Shown: positions 46,593-57,500 of the stretch, in pieces | How the letters are laid out: each line of letters begins with the position of its first letter | Position numbering within the stretch: position 1 is the stretch's first letter | IMG/VR virus record: IMGVR_UViG_3300014781_000001 | Strand: one strand, 5' to 3' | From: a virus | Length of the DNA: 64,000 nucleotides | Position numbers and translations under genes: made by a program | Notes under the pieces: generated by a model | What the model saw: only the letters and a program-made list of their open reading frames with translations | Told to the model about the DNA's origin: nothing | Databases searched by the model: none

Positions 46593-48003
46593 ACTTAGAC
46601 CTTACCAGAAAGAGGCAGTAGATGCCGGGCTTAAGTTTCTTACAGGAAGATCTAAGAAGCCTGGCATAGAAGTCTTGCCGTGTGCAGCGGGGAAGTCTTT
46701 GATAATTAGCAAGATAGCTCATGAATTAAAAAGACCTATCCTTGTATTACAGCCCTCAAAAGAGATTCTGGAGCAGAATTATGCGAAAGCCGTATCATTC
46801 GGTTCTGAACCTACTATATATTCTGCTTCATGTGGTATAAAGGAGCTGTCGGCTATGACTTATGCTACACTTAAAAGCATAAAGAAAGACGTAGCAAGGT
46901 TGAAAGATATAGGGATAGATACCTTATTGATAGACGAATGTCATTCAGGATATTCTCCTGAAGAAGGTTCTGAATTTATGGAATTTATGAGCGAGTTTCC
47001 CGAGGCGAAGGTACTGGGCTTCACCGCCACTCCCTGCCGCCTCAGAACCTACAGTTCCATGCTGGAAGGAAACTATAGCAAGCTCAATATGCTGACGAAA
47101 GACGAGCATAATTTCTTCAAGAAAATAGTTCATGTGACTCAAATACAAGAACTAACCTCTCAAGGGTTTTGGTGTCCACTTAAGTACGAACGATGGTCGT
47201 TTGATGAATCGGCTCTGATGTTAAACAGTACCGGAGCTGAATACACCAACGAATCTATTAAAGAAAGTATTGTACGAAACGGCTTAAACAACTCTATCTA
47301 CAAGCGCCTTCTTCAACTTATGAACGAGCGTAAAGCCATTTTGGTTTGCATGGATTCTATCGAATCATGTAATAGAATATCAGAGTTCATGAATGCCAGG
47401 ATGGGAGCCATAACCGGTGTCGTAACATCGCTAACAACCAAAAAGAAAAGAGAGCAAATCATATCCGATTTCAAAGAAGGTAAGTTGAAGGTGGTTTTTA
47501 ATTATTCAACGCTTGCTACCGGATTTGATTTTCCTGAACTTGATTGTGTGATGTTTGGTCGACCAACTTTCTCATATTCAACTTATTACCAAATATTAGG
47601 CCGCGCCGTCCGCATCCATCCTGACAAGAAAGAGGCGCTGATAGTTGATTGCTGCGACAACATGAGACGCTTTGGTCGGATAGAAGACCTGACAATCGAG
47701 CAATTCCCTTCTAAGGGCTGGTGTATGTTTGCTGGCGATCAACTTCTGTCTAATATAAGGATGGGTGATATTATTACCAAAGACGAGATCCTTCGCCGGG
47801 CAGCCTCGCTTAAATCTGTGAATGGAGATGGTAGGAGAGAAGACGACCTTGACAGTATAATAATGTGGTTTGGAAAATATGAAGGAATTAGATTCAAGGA
47901 CATACCGGTGTCGTATTTTAGGTTCTTGGCTGAGAATATGGCAGTAAAACCAGGAGACAGGAAAGAAAAGATTATCGAATATTATAATAGGATAAAGGCA
48001 TGA
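46579..48003 (+). CDS. SF2 (DEAD/DEAH-box, type III restriction-res-like) DNA helicase
   Basis: Motif I PCAAGKS. Motif II LLIDECH. Motif III GFTATP. Motif VI QILGRAVR. Confidence 0.8.
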   Translation: MMGFELRPYQKEAVDAGLKFLTGRSKKPGIEVLPCAAGKSLIISKIAHELKRPILVLQPSKEILEQNYAKAVSFGSEPTIYSASCGIKELSAMTYATLKSIKKDVARLKDIGIDTLLIDECHSGYSPEEGSEFMEFMSEFPEAKVLGFTATPCRLRTYSSMLEGNYSKLNMLTKDEHNFFKKIVHVTQIQELTSQGFWCPLKYERWSFDESALMLNSTGAEYTNESIKESIVRNGLNNSIYKRLLQLMNERKAILVCMDSIESCNRISEFMNARMGAITGVVTSLTTKKKREQIISDFKEGKLKVVFNYSTLATGFDFPELDCVMFGRPTFSYSTYYQILGRAVRIHPDKKEALIVDCCDNMRRFGRIEDLTIEQFPSKGWCMFAGDQLLSNIRMGDIITKDEILRRAASLKSVNGDGRREDDLDSIIMWFGKYEGIRFKDIPVSYFRFLAENMAVKPGDRKEKIIEYYNRIKA

Positions 48004-48356
48004 ACAACAAGAGAAGAAAAAAAATATTGGATGTTATTAACAACGTAAATAAGTATAAAACAGATTTTGAATACATCAAATCAAAGTTATCGGAGTTGAA
48101 GTACAACATAAATTCAGCCAAAGATGATGTTGATATGATTTTAGATGAAGAGACTGAGGCGAGAGATAATATACCAGAATCGTTACAAGACTCAGAAAGA
48201 TATTGGGAATCAGATCAGGCTGTAACTGATATGGAGGAGGTGGTTGATGACATGGAAGGCATTATAAATGATATAGATGATGTGATTTCAACCATAGATG
48301 GGAGCATTAAAACCATAAATGGTTCTATAAAAGTAAATTTAGAAGGAATAATGTGA
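48000..48356 (+). CDS. hypothetical acidic protein
   Basis: ORF track. Confidence 0.45.
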   Translation: MNNKRRKKILDVINNVNKYKTDFEYIKSKLSELKYNINSAKDDVDMILDEETEARDNIPESLQDSERYWESDQAVTDMEEVVDDMEGIINDIDDVISTIDGSIKTINGSIKVNLEGIM

Positions 48357-48389
48357 GTCTATAAAAACACTATAAGTAAAATTTAACAC

Positions 48390-48454
48390 AATACGCTTGT
48401 ATTAAAGTTACACAATCTATATTTTTACGTCGTGTAATTTTAATACAAGCGTAT
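48390..48454. promoter_or_regulatory. 17-bp perfect inverted repeat (AATACGCTTGTATTAAA / TTTAATACAAGCGTATT) with extra inner pairing, upstream of the KilA-N gene
   Basis: Read directly from the sequence. The arms are at 48390-48406 and 48438-48454. Confidence 0.6.
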
Positions 48455-48476
48455 TTTATTAAATAATTTAAAAGTT

Positions 48477-49214
48477 ATGATTTCTAAAGACAGGTTATTG
48501 TATGGAGTGGTAATCAGACAGGACATTAAAACTTCCTTTATGTCATTAACTGGATTACAAGAGGCATATACAAGAAAAAGAGTGGAGATGGGGTGGAATG
48601 ATAAGAGAATAGAAAATATTCTTTCGAACAAGGAGAGTGCAGAAAGGATATTTTATATTCTTAAAAAACAGAAATACATAAAAAGTGAAACCTTGAAAGA
48701 GTTTATGGATATAGTGGAAAACAACTCTTTGATAAAAGTAATGAAGTGGTATAATGCCTATAAGACTACAGGAAGAGGAACAAACAGAAATGTTATGTGT
48801 GATCCCTACATATGGGTATTAGTCGCTATAGAATTAAATCCTATGCTGTATGCAGAAGTTACTGGATGGTTAAATGATAAACTTATTTTGGATAGAATAG
48901 AGATAGGGGATAAATACAATACTCTTTCAAGGTCTGTATCAAAATTTGAAGATGTTGATTATATAGAAATGGCTGATAAGTTAAACTGGATTGTATTCAA
49001 TAAACATAAATATGTTTTAGATAACAGAGCAACTCAAGAGCAGTTAAAAGAACTTGAAATGCTTCAATCCAATCTTGCATTTTGTATAGAAATGGGAACC
49101 ATATCTTCTTTTTCTGATTTAATAAACATGATGGGGGCTATATATAAGAAAAAGTGGGGATCAGGAGCAGTATCTTCTAAAAATATAAAATCTTCAAATA
49201 ATGGAAACAAATGA
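48477..49214 (+). CDS. KilA-N domain-like DNA-binding protein
   Basis: GTNRNVMCDPYIWVLVAIELNPMLYAEVTGWL resembles the KilA-N/Bro-N C-terminal consensus. Confidence 0.4.
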   Translation: MISKDRLLYGVVIRQDIKTSFMSLTGLQEAYTRKRVEMGWNDKRIENILSNKESAERIFYILKKQKYIKSETLKEFMDIVENNSLIKVMKWYNAYKTTGRGTNRNVMCDPYIWVLVAIELNPMLYAEVTGWLNDKLILDRIEIGDKYNTLSRSVSKFEDVDYIEMADKLNWIVFNKHKYVLDNRATQEQLKELEMLQSNLAFCIEMGTISSFSDLINMMGAIYKKKWGSGAVSSKNIKSSNNGNK

Positions 49215-49506
49215 ATTAAGGGAAATACTTAAATTGTATGGTCTTCAACATGATGTTGTTATCAACAAAAGTTCAAGAAGGTATTCTATTATCTTAGATA
49301 ATAACATAATAGGAACCAATCACGACAAAGAGAGGGTGGTTGTGTTCCGTCCTATACCGGAAGGGAAAAACACATTCTGCATGGAGCGAGATAGGTTCTA
49401 CACGGAGTTTGAAGAAGCTTTTGATGATGATAAAGCCATAGAAGCCGTAAGACAATATTTTGAAAACAATAAAACAGAAAGTCATGAACGAAAACGAAAT
49501 ATTTAG
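49201..49506 (+). CDS. hypothetical protein
   Basis: ORF track. Confidence 0.45.
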   Translation: METNELREILKLYGLQHDVVINKSSRRYSIILDNNIIGTNHDKERVVVFRPIPEGKNTFCMERDRFYTEFEEAFDDDKAIEAVRQYFENNKTESHERKRNI

Positions 49507-49825
49507 ATTAAAGGGCAGAATAGCCATATCCAACCTATCACGTGAGGACAAGGATATGATAAATAGCATCCTTGATGGTATCAATAAAAAGGATGAAGAA
49601 GAAAAAGGATATCTCTATACCGTGAGAGTAAAACTAAACAACGGAAGGGTTGTGCATGCTACTTTATTTTTTAAAGACAAGAAAGGTCCCACATTTGAAG
49701 ACTTAAAGAAGGAGCTTGATGATATGGGAGTTAAAAGTGATAATTATAGCAATAACGGCATAATTATCATTAACCGCATTGTTATGAGCGGAGAAGAATT
49801 TGATCGCTTTATAGGCGAAGAATAA
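49460..49825 (+). CDS. hypothetical protein
   Basis: ORF track. Confidence 0.45.
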   Translation: MKTIKQKVMNENEIFRLKGRIAISNLSREDKDMINSILDGINKKDEEEKGYLYTVRVKLNNGRVVHATLFFKDKKGPTFEDLKKELDDMGVKSDNYSNNGIIIINRIVMSGEEFDRFIGEE

Positions 49826-49874
49826 AATAATGGGCTATATTATTATACTAATTGATTAAAACAACGATAAAACG

Positions 49875-50441
49875 ATGGAAAAGATGGACAATAATACTAA
49901 AAACATCCTTTATCCAAAAGGATCTATTTTTCGTACATTGAAAGATGATAAAATAGATAAAAGTACTATAATGTACAAAGGATCTATAGTAGTTGCAGTA
50001 ACAAATATAAAAGAAAATGACAAGTTTGCTGAAGTTTGTTACAATGGAAACACAATTATTATAGAAACAGATATTATGGAACTTGTTCTTGTAGGAGATC
50101 CAGAAAAAAGTACTTCAATAAAATCAGTGAAAAATGACATCATTGACGACAAACTACGATGGGATTTGCTTCCGATGGAAGAGATTGAGGACATTGTAAA
50201 AGTCTATCATGCCGGAGCCAAGAAATATGGGCCTAATAATTGGCAGAATCTTGACAATGGCTTTGAACGGTATCGTGCGGCGGCTGCCAGGCATATAATG
50301 GCATACCTGAAAGGAGAGAGAACGGATAAAGAGACGAACGTGCACCATTTAGCTGCGGCTGCATGGAATGTGATAACTATGTTGTGGTATGATAAACACG
50401 GAAAAGGATTAATACCATTAAATAAGGAGGAAAAGAAATGA
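49875..50441 (+). CDS. dATP/dGTP diphosphohydrolase-like (MazG-related) nucleotide pyrophosphatase
   Basis: DLLPMEEIEDIVKVYHAGAKKYGPNNW...RYRAAAARH...HLAAAAWN pattern. Confidence 0.45.
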   Translation: MEKMDNNTKNILYPKGSIFRTLKDDKIDKSTIMYKGSIVVAVTNIKENDKFAEVCYNGNTIIIETDIMELVLVGDPEKSTSIKSVKNDIIDDKLRWDLLPMEEIEDIVKVYHAGAKKYGPNNWQNLDNGFERYRAAAARHIMAYLKGERTDKETNVHHLAAAAWNVITMLWYDKHGKGLIPLNKEEKK

Positions 50442-50746
50442 CAAAAAAACAAATGATTCAACTGTTAGACGACGAGCTTGATGCAATGAACAAACATAGA
50501 AGTAATATTGAAAGAATTAAAAAGGAATATTTCGATTCTGTTTATGGGTTAAAGAATGGAGATAAAGTGAGTGTTCTTTACAAACGTTCGAAAGAGCCTC
50601 TTGTTGATTTCTTTAAGAACGTGCAAATCACAAATACTGGAACAGTTATATTTACAATCCAGAAAGCTAATAAAGAAGGAAGACCTGGAAGAGGATCTTA
50701 TTTGGTGTATGAAGACGATTTGAGCGAAATCAAAAAAGTAGAATAA
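50438..50746 (+). CDS. hypothetical protein
   Basis: ORF track. Confidence 0.45.
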   Translation: MTKKQMIQLLDDELDAMNKHRSNIERIKKEYFDSVYGLKNGDKVSVLYKRSKEPLVDFFKNVQITNTGTVIFTIQKANKEGRPGRGSYLVYEDDLSEIKKVE

Positions 50747-50747
50747 C

Positions 50748-51278
50748 ATGATTAGAGCAAGATTTTACATTAGAAAGGATGACTGTGACAATGATTACCG
50801 TCCAGTCAAATGGCCTATAAAATATCCATATTGGTGTAGTGCAGAATCCAGTAATTCATTTGTATTGGTGGCGTATGCTGAAGATGAAGACAGCATAAAA
50901 GAACTGTGGCCGGAGGCGTATGATATTAATGTCTTAGAAAAAGATACCGAGATTAGATTCACATTAAGATTTCCTAAACCAGAATGGTATGAATTGTACG
51001 AAAGGGAATTAGAAGAATGTGATAGGTTTATATGGATTACAGATGCGTGCATGAGAGACGGTATAATAAGAAAAGTAAAAGCTAAAATAGAAGAGTATGG
51101 TGGTCTTTTGTTAGCCGACATTCCTGATAGGATCACTCCTTATGAAATAGGAAGGGATGCTTTTGAGAGCAAAGAAGAAGCTTTAAAACATGCAGAGGAG
51201 CGGAGAACGTACCTGATCGAATTGACTAAGAAACAATTGAATGAACTTGAAAATCTAAAATTCGAATGTGATGATTAA
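50748..51278 (+). CDS. hypothetical protein
   Basis: ORF track. Confidence 0.5.
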   Translation: MIRARFYIRKDDCDNDYRPVKWPIKYPYWCSAESSNSFVLVAYAEDEDSIKELWPEAYDINVLEKDTEIRFTLRFPKPEWYELYERELEECDRFIWITDACMRDGIIRKVKAKIEEYGGLLLADIPDRITPYEIGRDAFESKEEALKHAEERRTYLIELTKKQLNELENLKFECDD

Positions 51279-51984
51279 CTACGCAGCAAAAGCCAGGAAG
51301 GCTTATTTGATAAACAATTTCGATAAGATTCTTAACAGTCTCAACACGCTTCATTCAACGGTTGAAACCATGACGTTGTTCGTAAACGACCAGGCTTATA
51401 ATTACATTCTTAAGCTAAAGGAAGTAATTAAAACCAGTCCTATGTATAAGCACAATATCAAGCGTCTTTTAAATGATATGGACAAAGAGATAAAGAGGTA
51501 CAATGCTTCTATCTACTACATAAATAAAGAGCGTAGTGAGGTTATAGCTGATATAACACAGGTAATGGAAGACTGCCTCATGCCATACATAGACAACCTG
51601 GCCGGCTCTATAAAGGCAGCCGTGTGGTCGAAGGGCGTGTCCGAGGAGCGGACGGAAGCGGCGGTACTGTCCCTCATCGTGTCTTCCTTGGCTCTGACAT
51701 CCGGCAGACTTATTTCAGGTGGATATCAGATCATGAAAGAAATGGGTGGTGGCTGGGGTGGTAATCCATTTACGTTTATGAGCATTGATAAGATAAGACA
51801 CTTATCTACATCATTATCTGATGCTATTACCGGTGGAGAAATAGCTCTTGAAGAAAAAGAAGCCAATGACATAACTAAGGCAATGGATGTTTTTATTGAG
51901 AAAATGTCTGATTCGGATATTGTTGACAAGGTGATCAGCATACTCGAAGAGGCAGAATCTAAAAACAAGGAGGAACGATCGTGA
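51268..51984 (+). CDS. hypothetical protein
   Basis: ORF track. Confidence 0.5.
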   Translation: MMINYAAKARKAYLINNFDKILNSLNTLHSTVETMTLFVNDQAYNYILKLKEVIKTSPMYKHNIKRLLNDMDKEIKRYNASIYYINKERSEVIADITQVMEDCLMPYIDNLAGSIKAAVWSKGVSEERTEAAVLSLIVSSLALTSGRLISGGYQIMKEMGGGWGGNPFTFMSIDKIRHLSTSLSDAITGGEIALEEKEANDITKAMDVFIEKMSDSDIVDKVISILEEAESKNKEERS

Positions 51985-52172
51985 ATTATTTGGATGGGTA
52001 CGTGAAAGAAGTTCTTTCTGAGCCGTACTATGATGATTACGGCTCTGGGATTTTTAGGTGGTGGGTGGAAGTGTCTTACGTTTGTGAAGGAATAGGAGCT
52101 GTCACTACCTTAATGTTTGATACGAGAGAAGAAGCGGAAGCTGTAAAACCAGGTTACAAATTTTTATGCTGA
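51981..52172 (+). CDS. hypothetical small protein
   Basis: ORF track. Confidence 0.4.
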   Translation: MNYLDGYVKEVLSEPYYDDYGSGIFRWWVEVSYVCEGIGAVTTLMFDTREEAEAVKPGYKFLC

Positions 52173-52178
52173 AATAAT

Positions 52179-52412
52179 ATGAGGTATTTTGTTTTATTGA
52201 TGGCACTTGTGTTATCATCATGTTCGCATGATATTCAGGTTAATGACGGATGGGTTATATATGATCTACGTCCTTTAGATGGTGAATGTGTGATGTATTA
52301 TGGTGAAGACGGAGGATTTTCAATATTTAACAGTAATAGATTTATAAAATTCGTTGGATACCAAGGGGAATACAATATCGGAGATTCTATTAAAATCGTA
52401 AAAGTGAAATAA
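52179..52412 (+). CDS. small lipoprotein
   Basis: MRYFVLLMALVLSSCSHD carries a signal peptide plus the lipobox LSSC. Confidence 0.5.
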   Translation: MRYFVLLMALVLSSCSHDIQVNDGWVIYDLRPLDGECVMYYGEDGGFSIFNSNRFIKFVGYQGEYNIGDSIKIVKVK

Positions 52413-52413
52413 T

Positions 52414-52902
52414 ATGGAAAAGAATTTAAAACTCGTATGCCCAAAATGTGGCACCCCTCACCAGCCTCATTCTCCGCACACGATGGATGCAGATGGATTT
52501 GAAAGGTGTGAGATAAGAACTGTCATGGAAGACAGGGGGTGGTGCTACGAATGCTCTTTTTGGCAAAATATGTACGACAAACACAAAGACGATCCGGGAT
52601 GGGTTAGGATAGACGGTGAAAGCTGGGTGCTTAAGCCTATGGTGGAAAACGTACCGAGCGGATGGAACAGCCTTGGATGTGGTGGAAGAAAAATGTATAT
52701 CAATATCGAAGGGAAAGGCATTGTTACATCAAATAACTGCTGGTGTCAAGGTGATGTTTCGGACGCATTCAAGGATCTTATGCCTGATAATGCTACTTGG
52801 GCCACGAAGGAGGAATTTGACAAAGCTCCTGTAGTAGGACATATCATAGAAGGTATTGGTTTAGTTTTCACAGATAGGGAAGGTCATGAAGTTAATGCTT
52901 AG
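52414..52902 (+). CDS. Cys-rich hypothetical protein
   Basis: CPKCGTPH...CYECSFW and further Cys pairs. Confidence 0.5.
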   Translation: MEKNLKLVCPKCGTPHQPHSPHTMDADGFERCEIRTVMEDRGWCYECSFWQNMYDKHKDDPGWVRIDGESWVLKPMVENVPSGWNSLGCGGRKMYINIEGKGIVTSNNCWCQGDVSDAFKDLMPDNATWATKEEFDKAPVVGHIIEGIGLVFTDREGHEVNA

Positions 52903-52991
52903 AAACTTATTTCATGTTCTGCTTATACAAGAAAAGATGGTAACTACAACAGTCCCCAACCATACAATAGGCGTACGGTTGGGGACTGTTG

Positions 52992-53729
52992 TCATATCGT
53001 AAAATTAAGTGTTTTTTTTAATATCAGATATTCAGTATGAACTTTACTTCCGCCATCATCTATCAAGTCCAAATTAATATAAGCTGTATATGATACATGA
53101 TGATCACCAGGAGTAAGACGTTTCATTTCTGATAAGAATATAGAATTTAAACCTTGGCCAGACCATGATTCTGGATATGGCAAAGGTGTAAAGTCGGCGT
53201 CTGTACATCTTATAGCCCAAGTAAGATTAGGATCTGCCCTAACTATTCTATCATGAGGTCCATCAATTACAAGGTCTGGCATCTCATATTGGTAACTATC
53301 ATAATTAAGGACAATAGGATCACCAAAGTTTACACCTTCTATAGCAGCAGGTGGAGTAAAGCTTGTTATTAAAAAGGTTCTATTAATCCTATTGGTTGTT
53401 CTTAGCGTAAACTCATCAGGTGCTATCACACTTACTCTAAATCCATAATAAGGAGAGGTTGTTAAAGCAATAGCAAGAACCACCGAATCCTGTTCAAGCA
53501 ATTCCTCTGTCGTATCAACCCTATTATCGATCTCTTGCCTATCTTCCATTGGAACACCGCCTTGGACACTTATGGAATCCAGCCGTTCTTTTTTAGACAG
53601 AAAGATAAATTGCCCGCCCTGTGGAATGGTGCCTACTTTCTTTCCTTCTACGATTACCCCCCCCCCTATACAGTTACTAACTATTTTATACTCATATAGT
53701 TTAGCGTTATTTTCAAATCTTCTTCTCAT
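52992..53729 (-). CDS. putative tail-fibre/receptor-binding protein with a G10 tract in codons 22-25
   Basis: Start MRRRF is shared with the neighbouring gene. Positions 53656-53665 are C10 on the + strand, which encodes GGG on the minus strand. Confidence 0.5.
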   Translation of the reverse strand: MRRRFENNAKLYEYKIVSNCIGGGVIVEGKKVGTIPQGGQFIFLSKKERLDSISVQGGVPMEDRQEIDNRVDTTEELLEQDSVVLAIALTTSPYYGFRVSVIAPDEFTLRTTNRINRTFLITSFTPPAAIEGVNFGDPIVLNYDSYQYEMPDLVIDGPHDRIVRADPNLTWAIRCTDADFTPLPYPESWSGQGLNSIFLSEMKRLTPGDHHVSYTAYINLDLIDDGGSKVHTEYLILKKTLNFTI

Positions 53730-53733
53730 AATT

Positions 53734-54438
53734 TCATAAAATTAATTCAGTAAAAGGACGGACATAATGTGAACTACCCCTTGAACCTGTATCCAAATGA
53801 TCTCCTTGGATGTTTATATCATAATACCACGAATAGGTAAATTGTGTAGATTGAGTGGATGTCCACATTTTATTACTCATTATCGTACCTCCTACCATTA
53901 AAAGGCATTCGTTTATTTCATTAGCATACAATGATATCAAAAAAAACTCTCCGGCGCCACCTACATATCCATTTTGACCATTTTTAAATAAATAGCTATT
54001 AGCTTTATTAAAAGCGTAATCTGTATTACTGGTATCATATTCAAGATACGCATTCTGATTTTCACGCCCCCAATAATCCTTTTTAATAGTTCCAATATGA
54101 GAACTATCTTGTGCAAATATATTGTCTATTTCTCCATCCTTACCCCAACGAAATGTGCCAATATATTCGGTGGCTATAACAAAACACACTTTATCTACAA
54201 GAGCTATTCCATTGCATAGATCATTGGAATATCCTTTATTAGACCAATTTTCTTTTGTATATAATCCTCCATCTACATGTTGGATGTATATGCCTTTATT
54301 GATTATAAGCGAGGGATTTACCCCCATCCCTGTTTGAAATCTTCGTCTCATGATTTTTGTTTGCAAGATAGCAATAATTGACAACATAAAAGAAACCGGT
54401 TCCCTATCATCCCTGACTGAGAACCGGTAAGAAAACAA
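53734..54438 (-). CDS. putative tail-fibre paralog (probable start at the internal MRRRF)
   Basis: The internal ...IMRRRFQTG mirrors the MRRRFENN start of the downstream gene. Beta-rich with a G/N/Y-rich C-terminal part. Confidence 0.45.
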   Translation of the reverse strand: MFSYRFSVRDDREPVSFMLSIIAILQTKIMRRRFQTGMGVNPSLIINKGIYIQHVDGGLYTKENWSNKGYSNDLCNGIALVDKVCFVIATEYIGTFRWGKDGEIDNIFAQDSSHIGTIKKDYWGRENQNAYLEYDTSNTDYAFNKANSYLFKNGQNGYVGGAGEFFLISLYANEINECLLMVGGTIMSNKMWTSTQSTQFTYSWYYDINIQGDHLDTGSRGSSHYVRPFTELIL

Positions 54439-54564
54439 TTTCAGAAAAAATTAAACCTACATAATCTTTCAAGTAAGAACAAAAAACGTACAATCTACTC
54501 TTTGACGATGCTAATATAACATATTGGAATCATACAAAAACAATGCAAGTCCGATATTCTTCGT

Positions 54565-57500
54565 CTATTTGTAGCTAACGTCATCGTCCCCTTCCGAATC
54601 AGGAGTGGCGCCGATGAAGAACATCATTGACTTGTTGTTCGTCTGCTGCCACCAATTATAGGCGCGCGCTACGTCTTCCGGCGTCTTGATATTATACCAT
54701 TGTTTGATAAACGTCTGTTTGGCGAGTTGCCTAAATAACTTAGACTCTCCTTTGTATGTACCGGACGTCACCTTATCAAGTGAGTAGTTCCTAAGATCGG
54801 TAAGATCCTTCAGCTTCCGTCCCATGACGAACGGATCGTTAATGATATCTACCACATTAAGCTCCATAATAAACGGCATCTGTGAAGCTATTTCATTTAT
54901 GGTTCTGAATCCGACGTAGGATCCGAATTGAGTAAGCCAACTTTCTTCGTTTTCATCATCATCACGCCATCCGGCAAGAAGCATAGATACGGCCTGCATG
55001 ATAAGGAACGTGCCGGCATAGACACTGAGGCGTTTGAGATTAGTTTTCTCTACCTCATTCATATTGTCTTTATTTTCGTTCCAGGCATCTATGATGTTTT
55101 TCATACCAGACTCGGAAGCCAGGCTAAATGTTTTGGCTATCATATTCTTTAACGTAATTGACAACCCCTCCTCTTCTTGCATTGTCTGGAAATTGAAGCC
55201 ACGTCTTTTCCACAGACGTTGAGCCGCCAGCACCAACCATCCTCGGTGGGCGGTCATGAACCTGGCTATCCAGTTGCGCGATGCGGCAGTTCGGTTTTCT
55301 TCATTCAAAGATCCGTTACATATCTGCGACAAGCTACGAACTTGATTCCTGGTTATAGCCATCTGGGTTTCAACTTCCTCAACAGTAACACCGGATCCGG
55401 GCTTTACAACCACCTTCCCATCCACGACATCTACCATACTCCATAAAGTACGATCTTTTAATGCATTCCATTCTCTTTTTATGGTACTCTGTTCTTTACC
55501 ACGTTCTTTTTCCATCTTGAAATCCTGGAACGTGTAGAACCGGCCTTTGTAATAACGAACATTGTCCATAGTAGCAATCATAACCTGCGGATCAAGAGGG
55601 TAGTTCAGGATTTCCATAAAAGCATACATAGGCGAACGCATTAAGGTCCTGGCCGCTCTATTGTATCCGGCACCATACATACGATTTCGGATATTGAATA
55701 TCCCCATTCTCTCACCTATGACATATAATTTGCTTTTTCTATCTATGTCTCCGGTTTCTGCTATACAAGATGGAGCAAGGCGTGAAAATTCAGCCGATGC
55801 GTATTTAAGGGAGTCTTTGCTTATATACTGTCCTACGGCAGATTCCATGATGAGGTTGATATGACCTGTTAAGGCGCCGGTAGCTGCCACAAACGGAGAC
55901 AGCGCCAGGTTCATAACCGACATAAATCTTTCAACGGCCATTATTATCCTGGTAAGGTCTACTGTGTACCCACCGATGTTCACCGTAAGTTTTTTGGTGT
56001 TCATCCTAATGCCATAATAATGATCGTTGAAGAAGTCCCTGAACATCTGATATGCTTGGGTTGCTTCAGCCTTCTTACCGCCCTCAAATTGTTTATTCAG
56101 TAACATCTGCTCCAGTCCTTGGGCAAGCTCTATAGATTTCTGCTTTTCGTTGTATAATGATGATTGCATCATAAGCATCGAATAAGAGTAACCAAAATCA
56201 TGAGATACGTCATCTTGGTTCTCTAATTCATATATGTAGTATTTAGGTATGGACCGAACCCTATCTTCCGGATCATATACCTCACCCTGGCGTGTTTTAC
56301 CATACAGGGAGTCATCTACGCGGTCAAGACATAAGTCGGATACGAAGTTCCTGACCGTACTTTTAAGGCTGATACCTAACCCTTCTATACGTTCTATATC
56401 TTGTTTGGATATCTGTGGAATAGCATACAGGTTCGGGCTCTGCTCTTTGTATAGATCAAGGGATTGTCTTTTTATTTCCTTGAGTTTTTGAATCATATTC
56501 CACTGCTCTACGTTTTTAGTAGCGACCTCATTACCATCAGCATCATATTTGATACCAAAGTCATTGAGATACGATTCATCACGATACAGGCTTTTCTTAG
56601 GCATGCGATGACCATACCCATGATCTTTTACATAATCAGGATTACGACCGCTATTTTCGGCTTCAGATTCAGCCACCCATGCCCTTGCAGGGTCGAAAGA
56701 CAGGTACGATATGTCCATGCCATAATCTTGGGTGGATGTACCGTTTTGTACGTCCTTAACCATCTGCGCCACATCTATCTCACCTCGACCAATTTTGTCG
56801 ATCATAGCCGCATATCCGGTAGGCGCCATGCGTTTATAATACGAAAAGACCTGGCTCCTGGCAAATTCATTAACAATAGCATTGGCCTCTTCTATGCCCT
56901 CTTCTCTTGTATTATTTAAAAATAAGCTGGCCATCTTAGCATTAACAGCATTCCTAAAATCTCTACCGTCTAATTCTTTGCTTATACCAAGCTTTTCTGA
57001 CAGGTAATTGGTTTCAGATACGGTAAACAGATATCGGTTATCAGCAGCCTTAAACAGCTTATCCCTTAAAGCCTGAATCCTTTTTGCTTTCTTCGCCGTA
57101 GTATGACGTTGTACGAACTTCCATTCCACTTCCTTGGAGTCAGCAAGAGCATTTAAATAAGACTGATTTACTTCGTTTTCAGCCTTACTGCTTTTAGTAA
57201 GGTACTTATCAATATCTTCAAGACCCACCATCTTAGCATAATCTATCAAAATAGCGTAATCGGCTTCAATAGCTTCAGATGCGGCCCTAAAAGCATCTCT
57301 TTCAGATGAGGTAAATGTCGCTTCATTAATTTCTCCGATATCAGCCACGTCACGGTTGTTGCCGATTATTTCCTTGATAATAGCCTTATTTTTTTCTATA
57401 TCTTTTACAATCGAATCCACGTCAGTCGCATCTCTATCACTTGTCGTAGAACTAATGATGTCTTGTGCCATTTTAAGATACGAAGCCTTGTTATTTGATT

